A stretch of 64,000 nucleotides of DNA from Candidatus Poribacteria bacterium (GTDB lineage Bacteria > Poribacteria > WGA-4E > WGA-3G), in contig OZ251518.1 of NCBI GenBank assembly GCA_965242965.1, positions 800,001-864,000 of the forward strand, given 5' to 3'. Every line of letters begins with the position of its first letter. Within the stretch, counting starts at the first letter, position 1. The translations under genes were made by a program, and so were the position numbers. Positions 36,343 through 44,357 of this stretch are shown here, piece by piece. Under the pieces are notes generated by a model. That model was not told where the DNA came from. It saw only the letters and a program-made list of their open reading frames with translations, and ran no database searches.

Positions 36343-37319
36343 GGACATTTGCGCAGGTCCTAAGTTCTATGAAACCACGTATGAAATTACCCCTTATGTT
36401 CACTAAGGACCTCCGCCGCTCCATGCTGGCTGGGGGCGTAAAAATTTTCCTCACGGTTTGTGGCGGACTTTGGTGCTTAGTTGAAGTTCCCGCTTTCTTC
36501 TTTCCCAAGCATTTGGAATGGGCACAAGGAAACTTATGGGCGTTTTGCGGATACGTTGTATTTGCCCTAGTTGTAGTTATCTTTAAGGTTCGGCAACAAG
36601 CGAACGCTATGCTTTCGGTTCGTGAGAACTTGGAAGGAAAAGACTGTTCAATAGAAATTCAAGTCGGTGATATTTTCAAAGTGAAGGAGAAAAGTGATTT
36701 TATCATTGGCACGAATACGGACTTTGACACCGATATGTCCGACGGCCCGATCTCAAAGGACAGTTTGCAAGGGCAGTTCACAACAAAGTACTACGCCGGA
36801 AGGGAACAACACCTATATCGGGATTTGGAAGCCTCCTTGGCGGCCGAAAAGCACCCTCTTGTCGAAAATACGCATCGGCAAACCAAACGTTACGAGTTTG
36901 GCACTGTGGCTGAGGTGTCTGCTGACGATCGAGAGGTTTACTTCGTTGCCATTGACGAGTTGGACAAACAGGGAGTTGTCACTAGTTCACTCGAAAATGT
37001 CAGACAGAGTCTCTCAGAACTTTGGGGGTACATCGGCGACTATGGTGAAGTCGGGGAACTTGTCATCCCTATCTTGGGCACAAGAGGGGCTAAGATTCAG
37101 GTTCCGCGAGAGGTTATGATTATCGAAATTATTAATTCCTTTATCAAGGCTACGTATTTAGGAAAGACAATCTGCGAACGCCTGAAAATTGTTGTTTATG
37201 AGGAAGACTATCGAAATCATAACATAGATTTGAACAAATTGCGGAGTTACCTCCACGTTCACGCGACACCGAAACGATGGCAAGCTGAGGAATACGAAGT
37301 GCCTGGGAAATCTGTCTAA
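36339..37319 (+). CDS. thsA: Thoeris type II ThsA-like effector: 2 TM plus Macro domain (DUF6430-like)
   Basis: Two N-terminal TM helices; IEI.VGDIF, IIGTNTDFDT, SLQGQF, YE.GTVA, YFVA and IPILGT motifs; ATGA overlap with thsB. Confidence 0.78.
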   Translation: MRTFAQVLSSMKPRMKLPLMFTKDLRRSMLAGGVKIFLTVCGGLWCLVEVPAFFFPKHLEWAQGNLWAFCGYVVFALVVVIFKVRQQANAMLSVRENLEGKDCSIEIQVGDIFKVKEKSDFIIGTNTDFDTDMSDGPISKDSLQGQFTTKYYAGREQHLYRDLEASLAAEKHPLVENTHRQTKRYEFGTVAEVSADDREVYFVAIDELDKQGVVTSSLENVRQSLSELWGYIGDYGEVGELVIPILGTRGAKIQVPREVMIIEIINSFIKATYLGKTICERLKIVVYEEDYRNHNIDLNKLRSYLHVHATPKRWQAEEYEVPGKSV

Positions 37320-37337
37320 ACCAGAAATCCACAGCAC

Positions 37338-40088
37338 CTACCTCTTCGGATTCCAAAACGCGCAAATCATCGCGGTAATCGGAATCGCCAACACCAATCC
37401 TAACGTCCCGGCCAACAACCGCACAATCTCCGCGGACACCACGCCAATGCTCAATAACTGCGCCGGCGGCGACTTGAAAAAGTCTAGGTTCGGCGCAGCG
37501 ATTGTGATGACCAGCAGTAACTCTACGCCGAGATACGCAAATACTAACGTGTTTACCATCGTGCCCAGGATATCCGTGCCGACGTTAAGGCCTGAGGCGA
37601 TGAGCCGCCACGTCGGCATGTTCGGATTCGCACGCCGAATCTCTTCCATGCTGGATGCCACCTCAATCGCGCCATCAACTGCCACGCCTAATACGCCCAT
37701 CAACATCCCTGCCAACAGAATCTGCACGAAGTCAAACGGCGGCGTGCGCGTCGCTTCGACGATGTCCGCCGAAATGGCGTTCTCTAACCCAGAAAAGTGG
37801 AGGTGCTGCTGCGCGTAGAGGACGATGAGCCCGGCGACAAGAATGCCGCCCATCGTGCCTAGCACTGCCGAAAACGTTTTTCGGCTCGGACCGATGACGA
37901 AAACAAGTGAGACGAACGCAATCACGCCAGAAGTCAGCGTCACGATAAACACGGCGTTCGCGCCTTGCGAAATGAGCGGCAGCATGAAGAAGTAGATAAC
38001 CGTCGCGGAGATGAGCATGGCGCACGCGGTGCGGATGCCCTCAATTCTGCCGACGATAATGATGAGCAGTAACATCCCGCCTACCATCCATACCAAAAAC
38101 CCATCGCGCCCGTATTCTTGGACGATATTGACAAGACCGACTCGCTCGGGGTCTCCCCCAACGCGGCACAGCACGATGTCCCCGGGCTCCGCAGGGATAC
38201 TCAGCAACGGCATGTTATGATTGACGATGTTTCGCAGGACGAGGCGTTGTCCTTGATACATGCCGCTCAGCATTTCGACTTCAAGGATATGATGCTCGGT
38301 TTTGGTGTCGTAAACGTGTAGGGAGCGAGGAACAGAAGGGTCTGGGGAGATCGAGGGTTCGCGAGGGACAGAGAGGTCTGGTGAGACCGAGGAGTCGCGA
38401 GGGACAGGCCCTCGCGCTACGGTATCAGGCGTGGTAGGGACAGGTCCGCGCGCTGCGGGATTGGGTGTGGTGCGGATGCTGTAGGTCTGCTCGTATTTTA
38501 CATCGGAGATGAGCCAGCGGCTGTCTTTCCACGGCTTAATCGAAACTATAACCTCCTCGGAAATAGGGATGTTGTGTTTTTCAAACGCCTCGCGCAAAGC
38601 AGGTGGAAAGACGCTGTTGTCTAAATCGGCAGTGACAGAATCAGGCGATTCCGTTCTATTATCAACGGTAAACAGGAAATCGCCACTGGATTCCAGCAGT
38701 CGGATGACCTTGCCTTTCGCATATTCCGACTGCGTGAGGATGCCTCCCTGTTCGTCGCGCTGTTCGCTGATTGTGGCGGCGTTGCGTTGGACGCGTTGAT
38801 AGACAAAAGTTGTGCCGACTAGCACCAGCACCATCGCGATGGGCACGGCGATGCGGGATGCACTGCGCGGGTTCTCGGCACGGAACAGTTCCTCTAATTC
38901 CTCCTCTGAAGGCAGGTCTTCGTGAATTTCGGTTCTGTCCACTTTGGCGTATTGGGTGAGGAATCCGGCGATTGTCGCCGCGATCGGCACGGTCAGCACC
39001 AATCCAATCGTGCCGACAACGGCTTGGATAATGGCCACCGAAGTCGCTTCGTCATTGACAAGTCTGAGGAACGGATAGAGGGTGCCTGCTTCTGGGAATT
39101 CGATGCGCGGGAGGAGCATCGTCATCATGTGCGCGCCGAGGTAGGCGAAGATGAGCGTATCTGCCATCGTCCCCATAATATCGCGTCCGACGTTCAACCC
39201 CGCACGAATAGATTGCCGCACCGTGATATTCGGGTTAACCTGTTTGACTTCGTGCACGCTTGAGGAGATGGACATGCTCACGTCCATCATCGCGCCGACG
39301 GCACCGAGGATGATGCCTGCGGAGAGGATGCCGGTGAAATTCCAGTGATGCGATTCGGGTGTCCGCCACAGCGCGATGCCGAGTTCAAGAAAGCCAAACT
39401 CTTGCGCAAGCCCAGTCAGCACCAATGCGTGTTGGCTGATAACGGATAGCACGCCTACTGCCGCCAAACCGCCGAGTGTGCCTAGCACCCCAGAAACGAC
39501 TTTGAAACTGAACCCGGTAATCAAGACGAATGTCGTCAACGTCAACAGCGCGGCGATGCCGAGCGCGATGGCGATGGGGTTGTAACCGGCGATAGTCATC
39601 GGGACGAGCAGGTAAAGCACGGTGAGCGCGGTGACGAAAAGCGTCAAAATTGCGCGCACGCCTTTCATCCCGGCGACGAGAATCATCAGCACGCCGAGCG
39701 CGCCCGCGAGATAAAGCAGGAAGGGGGTCCGGAAATACTCGCGCATTCGGACATTGTCAAGCGTCGGATTGCTCGGGTCGCGGAGGGGGATATCGAGGAA
39801 CAGCACATCGCCGCGGCTGAGCACCCGGTCTCCGAAGGCGCGCCCTGTCCAGATGTTATTTACCGCGACTGTCTCGCCGCGAAACTGCCCGGAGAGGATG
39901 CGGAACGTTAACACCTGGTCTGCCTCATCGCTGGTATCTATCGCAACGACGCGGCCGAGGCAGACGAGCACCTGCAAGGCACCGTCGTGTGTAATTTCTG
40001 CGAACCGATAGAGTCTGACATGCAACACGGCAACGCTGAGCAGAATGAGCAGGATGCTGATGATTTTGATTGTTTTTGTTGATGCCAT
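37338..40088 (-). CDS. YibE/F family membrane protein with two tandem YibE/F domains
   Basis: Two repeats of G..MDV...ISS...E..NP..G.NVG.DI.GTM..TL.FAY.G; many TM helices; REP-derived linker insert. Confidence 0.85.
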   Translation of the reverse strand: MASTKTIKIISILLILLSVAVLHVRLYRFAEITHDGALQVLVCLGRVVAIDTSDEADQVLTFRILSGQFRGETVAVNNIWTGRAFGDRVLSRGDVLFLDIPLRDPSNPTLDNVRMREYFRTPFLLYLAGALGVLMILVAGMKGVRAILTLFVTALTVLYLLVPMTIAGYNPIAIALGIAALLTLTTFVLITGFSFKVVSGVLGTLGGLAAVGVLSVISQHALVLTGLAQEFGFLELGIALWRTPESHHWNFTGILSAGIILGAVGAMMDVSMSISSSVHEVKQVNPNITVRQSIRAGLNVGRDIMGTMADTLIFAYLGAHMMTMLLPRIEFPEAGTLYPFLRLVNDEATSVAIIQAVVGTIGLVLTVPIAATIAGFLTQYAKVDRTEIHEDLPSEEELEELFRAENPRSASRIAVPIAMVLVLVGTTFVYQRVQRNAATISEQRDEQGGILTQSEYAKGKVIRLLESSGDFLFTVDNRTESPDSVTADLDNSVFPPALREAFEKHNIPISEEVIVSIKPWKDSRWLISDVKYEQTYSIRTTPNPAARGPVPTTPDTVARGPVPRDSSVSPDLSVPREPSISPDPSVPRSLHVYDTKTEHHILEVEMLSGMYQGQRLVLRNIVNHNMPLLSIPAEPGDIVLCRVGGDPERVGLVNIVQEYGRDGFLVWMVGGMLLLIIIVGRIEGIRTACAMLISATVIYFFMLPLISQGANAVFIVTLTSGVIAFVSLVFVIGPSRKTFSAVLGTMGGILVAGLIVLYAQQHLHFSGLENAISADIVEATRTPPFDFVQILLAGMLMGVLGVAVDGAIEVASSMEEIRRANPNMPTWRLIASGLNVGTDILGTMVNTLVFAYLGVELLLVITIAAPNLDFFKSPPAQLLSIGVVSAEIVRLLAGTLGLVLAIPITAMICAFWNPKR

Positions 40089-40452
40089 GGCGTTTCTCCA
40101 GTCATGCCGTATCACTTACGGTTGTGTTTCAGAACGAGTCAGTTCACGTATCTTCTGTTTTTTCTTTGCAAATAATATGCCAACGAAAAACGGGTTCAGG
40201 AGCCTTATTTGCACGATTTCGGGCAAAACGCCAGATGCAAAAGCACAAATTCGGGCAAAAATCCCATTCTCCTCACCGTAGCGCGAGGGCCTGTCCCTCG
40301 CCATTTTGTTGCAAAAACCCTGTTGCGATCAGGCGATCGCAACCTACAGAAAGAGAAGCCTGTGCCTTGCGATCCCTCGACCGCCCCGCGGCCCGTAGCG
40401 CGAGGGCCTGTCCCTCGCGATCTCGCGACCGCTCCTCCCTCACCATTTCGCC

Positions 40453-42276
40453 CTAAAGATGCTTTCGGATATTCTCAGCGACGCGACGCGGAATGCCCTT
40501 TACAGACAAAAGTTCATCTAAACTTGCCTCCCGAATAACGTCAACCGAACCGAAGTGCTGAAGCAACGCCTGCTTGCGTTTCGGGCCGATGTCTGGAATT
40601 TCATCTAGCACCGACTCGCTCAGTGCCTTCTGGCGGAGTTTACGATGATACGTCACGGCGAACCGATGCGCTTCGTCTCGTAAACGTTGGATGAGATGCA
40701 GTGTCGGGTTATCCTTCCGCAGCACTATAGGTTCCGGTTTCCCCGGCACGAAAATCTCCTCAACCCGTTTTGCGAGTGCAATTATCGGAATCTTTTGCGG
40801 CAGTTTCGCTTCATGCACGCGCATGGCGGCTTGCGCTGCACTCAACTGTCCCTTGCCACCGTCGATTAAAACCAGGTCTGGCAGTTTGCTAAACTTTTCG
40901 TCTTGTGCAATGGCGCGGCGGAGTCTCCGAGTCAGCACTTCGTTCATCATGGCGAAGTCGTTCTGTCCTGCAACGGTGCGAATCTTAAACCGCCGATATT
41001 CTCCCGAAGCCGGTTCGCCATCTTCCATGACAACCATTGAACCGACAGCAAACCTGTCGCCGAGGTTGGAGATGTCAAACGCCTCAATGCGCCGCAACGG
41101 CTGTGGCAAGTTGAGTAGTTCTTGGAGTTCGGCGAGTGCAGGATGTGTGCCGCGCCTATACACTACGTTCTGTCCGTGTTGCGTGACGATAATGTCGGCG
41201 TTTTTCGTCGCCATCGCTACTAAGCGATGCAGCCTCCCGGCTCTCGGCACATGCAGCGTCACCCGGTTGCCGCGTTTTTCCGTCAGCCACCGCTCAATGA
41301 GCTCCACCGATTCGACCGGCGTTGGCAGCGCAATTGTCTTTGGCACGAAGACCGCGTTCTGATAATACTGCGTCATGAAGGCGGCGAGTGCATCAGCAGG
41401 CGAATCAGGGTTCGCATCGTTGAGATAGTAGTGTTCGCGCTCAAGCAGTTTCCCATCCCGCACGCGTAATATCTGCACACAGGCGACATCGTTTTTCGCC
41501 GCAATGCCAAGCACGTCTTCATCTGTTGCCGAGACGTTGTCCAGACTCTGCGTCGTAATCGCTTGTTGCACGTCGTTGAGCGTGTCCCGATACTTCGCCG
41601 CCGCTTCAAAATCGAGTGCTTCTGCGGCGGCTTGCATCTGCTTTGACAACTGGTTCACGACAGCATCCGTGTTACCGCCGAGGAAGTGGCATACCTTCTG
41701 CACTATCGCGTCGTAATCCTGCGCGCTGATCTTGTCTGCACAAGGAGCCGGGCACCGGCCGATGTGGTAATCAAGGCAGACTCGGTGGCGGTTGCCTATC
41801 TCCGCAAGTGGTAGGTTGCAGGTGCGGATCGGAAAAACCTTGGTCAGCTGTTTCATCGTTTGGCGCGTGGAACGGACATGAACGAACGGACCGAAATACC
41901 GCGTGCCGTCATTTTCGGCATTGCGCGTAATCTGGATGCGTGGAAACGGTTCGTTTACAGTTACCTGCAGATACGGGTAACGTTTGTCATCTTTCAGTTT
42001 CACGTTATAGCGCGGCTGATGCGCTTTGATCAGGTTGTTTTCAAGGATGAGTGCCTCAACTTCTGTCTCTGTCACGATGTAATCAATGTCGGCGACATAT
42101 CGCATGAGTTGCACAATCGTCGGAGTTGGTGTGCCTCGGCGTTGGAAATAGGAGCGGGCCCGATGCCGCAAACGCAGTGCCTTGCCGACATAAATCACCG
42201 CGCCATCGGAGGCTTTCATCAGGTAAACCCCCGGCGCGTCGGGTAGAGATTGCCACAGTTTCTGTTGCGTGCTCAT
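40453..42276 (-). CDS. uvrC: Excinuclease ABC subunit C
   Basis: PGVYLM..VIYVGKA, ALILENNLIK..PRYN..LKDDK.YP, IEAFDISN, DGGKGQ and RDEAHRFA motifs; C-terminal HhH. Confidence 0.97.
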   Translation of the reverse strand: MSTQQKLWQSLPDAPGVYLMKASDGAVIYVGKALRLRHRARSYFQRRGTPTPTIVQLMRYVADIDYIVTETEVEALILENNLIKAHQPRYNVKLKDDKRYPYLQVTVNEPFPRIQITRNAENDGTRYFGPFVHVRSTRQTMKQLTKVFPIRTCNLPLAEIGNRHRVCLDYHIGRCPAPCADKISAQDYDAIVQKVCHFLGGNTDAVVNQLSKQMQAAAEALDFEAAAKYRDTLNDVQQAITTQSLDNVSATDEDVLGIAAKNDVACVQILRVRDGKLLEREHYYLNDANPDSPADALAAFMTQYYQNAVFVPKTIALPTPVESVELIERWLTEKRGNRVTLHVPRAGRLHRLVAMATKNADIIVTQHGQNVVYRRGTHPALAELQELLNLPQPLRRIEAFDISNLGDRFAVGSMVVMEDGEPASGEYRRFKIRTVAGQNDFAMMNEVLTRRLRRAIAQDEKFSKLPDLVLIDGGKGQLSAAQAAMRVHEAKLPQKIPIIALAKRVEEIFVPGKPEPIVLRKDNPTLHLIQRLRDEAHRFAVTYHRKLRQKALSESVLDEIPDIGPKRKQALLQHFGSVDVIREASLDELLSVKGIPRRVAENIRKHL

Positions 42277-42280
42277 TTGC

Positions 42281-43003
42281 TCACCTCTTCTCGTAAACCA
42301 CCCGATAAATCTGCCTGCCTTCCGCGCGATACTTCAGTTCAAAACTGGTAGGAATGTGGTGTTGTTCATGAGGCGGTTCCAGCGTCACGCGGTGCAACGG
42401 CGTATGTTGGGAAATCCGTTCTTGGAGTTCGGCGAAGTATTCGGCGTAATCGGTTACGATGTGGAGTCGTCCGCCAGCGGTTAAAGTTCTCGCGAGCGAG
42501 GCCAAGAAGTCCTGATTCCGAAAAATCCGTCGTTTGCGCTGCCGCTTTTTCGGCCACGGGTCTGGAAAATAGATGTGATACGCCTGCACCGATTCGGTTA
42601 ACACATACCGCGTCAAAAAGTAGGTAGCATCTGTCCAGACGAGACGGACATTTGTAAACGCGCCCGTGACTTTCGCCTCAGCAGGTGCTTCTGCCGAGTG
42701 CATCCTATTGTGCCTTATATGTTTCTGGAATCGTTCCCGCGTCAATTCAACATATTTATGCGCGCGTTCAATGCCGACGTAGTTCATTTCCGGGTGCCGT
42801 TTCGATGCCTCCAAGAGGAACCGCCCTTTGCCGCAGCCAATCTCAATTTCAATCGGCTGCGCGTTCCCAAAGAGTGCATGCCAATCAATTGGAGTTTGCA
42901 CCTCGCTGAGTGCTGTCGCTGTCTCACCGACGATGTCAATGAGTTGTGAGTGAACCGTCGTGGATTGATAGTAAATGTCGTTATAGCGCGGTTCTTCGTT
43001 CAT
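42281..43003 (-). CDS. trmB: tRNA (guanine-N7)-methyltransferase
   Basis: EIEIGCGKG, YFPDPWPKKRQ.KRR, TDYAEY and TSFE.KY..EGR motifs. Confidence 0.93.
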   Translation of the reverse strand: MNEEPRYNDIYYQSTTVHSQLIDIVGETATALSEVQTPIDWHALFGNAQPIEIEIGCGKGRFLLEASKRHPEMNYVGIERAHKYVELTRERFQKHIRHNRMHSAEAPAEAKVTGAFTNVRLVWTDATYFLTRYVLTESVQAYHIYFPDPWPKKRQRKRRIFRNQDFLASLARTLTAGGRLHIVTDYAEYFAELQERISQHTPLHRVTLEPPHEQHHIPTSFELKYRAEGRQIYRVVYEKR

Positions 43004-43761
43004 GAGTTGCCGTTCAAAAACTTGTGCAGATGCGTTTTCACCAAGTTGTCCTGTGGTTGATAGCCTAACACCTCAACCGCGCCGCTGATATCGAGAAAAC
43101 TTTGCTGATACCCATCCGAATTTGCGGAGCGGCCGTAGGTAATCAGATACTTCACTGGGCCATCGTAATCCACGGCGCGCCCAAAGAGTTGCACGCAATC
43201 ACGCGGGGTGAGGAGCGTGCTGCAGTGACGGATGCCGTTCGGTTCCGAAGTGCCGCTGAAAGTGCCGATGCGGATGCTGATGAACCGCATCCCGTGCGCA
43301 TCGACGAGATAGCGGCCGGCGATTTCCGCCATCCCCTTCATCGCGCCGTACCAGCTATCGGGACGAAACTGAGCACCGGTGGAGAACCTGGGCGGCGAGC
43401 TCAACCTTTCATTCCAGCCAGAGACGTGGTTCGTGCTGGCGTAGACGATTTTCTGCACGCCGCCTTCGCGCGCCGCTTCAAACAACGTCATCGATGCACC
43501 GATGTCGCTGACTTCCCCCGGCACTTTTCCAAGCGAATCTTGGCGCACATAGGCGAGATGCACGAGGACATCTTGTCCTTCGCACAATTCTTTCATGGCG
43601 GCGTAGTCGCGAATGTCCGCCTGTTCCACGCGAGACATTGCATCTTTAATCGGGTTGATATCCGTCAAAGTGAGCGCGTAGGTATCTTGTTTCTCCCATG
43701 CCTGCCAGAGCGCGGTGCCAACTTTACCTGCTGCCCCGGTGATGAGGACGCGTTGCTTCAT
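43000..43761 (-). CDS. NAD-dependent epimerase/dehydrogenase (uronate dehydrogenase-like SDR)
   Basis: LITGAAGKVG, YASTNHV, RPDSWYGAMK (YxxxK), IRIG and PRDC.QL motifs. Confidence 0.85.
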   Translation of the reverse strand: MKQRVLITGAAGKVGTALWQAWEKQDTYALTLTDINPIKDAMSRVEQADIRDYAAMKELCEGQDVLVHLAYVRQDSLGKVPGEVSDIGASMTLFEAAREGGVQKIVYASTNHVSGWNERLSSPPRFSTGAQFRPDSWYGAMKGMAEIAGRYLVDAHGMRFISIRIGTFSGTSEPNGIRHCSTLLTPRDCVQLFGRAVDYDGPVKYLITYGRSANSDGYQQSFLDISGAVEVLGYQPQDNLVKTHLHKFLNGNS

Positions 43762-43771
43762 ATTTTTCCCT

Positions 43772-44353
43772 CTATTCAAAAAGTTCCTCCACTTGACAAG
43801 CGAAACCTTCAACGACATCTTCGCCGGCGAGGGTGTCGCCGCACTTAAGCGTCCGGATGTCCGTGCGGGAACGGTAAACCGTCACCGTTTTCGTCACGGG
43901 TTCAATTACCCAGACGAGACGCGTTCCGGCATTGAGATAATCAAGTGCCTTTTCCGCAACGCTATAGAGGGTATCGGACGGTGAAACTACCTCGACTGCC
44001 AAATCGGGGGGTTGAGGTGAGCTCTGCCGTCTGTCTTCCGGCAAGTTTGCGGCTGCGACAAAGGCTGCATCAGGCTTCACGGCGCGCTCGCCGAGGCGGA
44101 ACGTAGTTTCGGCTGTGTAGACACGCCCCAGCCGGTGCTCGCGAACATGCGACTGCAAATACCAGACAACGTTGGTGCTGATTTCGCCGTGCTCCATTGT
44201 CGGTGGTGCCATCGGCACTAATTCTCCTTTGACGTATTCGTATCCCTCCACATCGCTGGCAAGGAACGCCTCCAACGTCATCGGGAAACTTTCAACAGCC
44301 GTGGCAGGGGGAGGACTTCCTGAAAGGAGTTGAGAAGTTTCTAGTGCCTTCAT
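43772..44353 (-). CDS. Uma2 family (DUF820) PD-(D/E)xK endonuclease
   Basis: YEYVKGEL, H, KPDAAFV, PPDLAVEVVSPSD, K...YL.AG.RLVWVI.P and GF...V.ELF motifs. Confidence 0.92.
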   Translation of the reverse strand: MKALETSQLLSGSPPPATAVESFPMTLEAFLASDVEGYEYVKGELVPMAPPTMEHGEISTNVVWYLQSHVREHRLGRVYTAETTFRLGERAVKPDAAFVAAANLPEDRRQSSPQPPDLAVEVVSPSDTLYSVAEKALDYLNAGTRLVWVIEPVTKTVTVYRSRTDIRTLKCGDTLAGEDVVEGFACQVEELFE

Positions 44354-44357
44354 CTGC

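Noticed and set aside
43102-43848. 248-aa plus-strand ORF
   Set aside because: Antisense shadow of the SDR gene.
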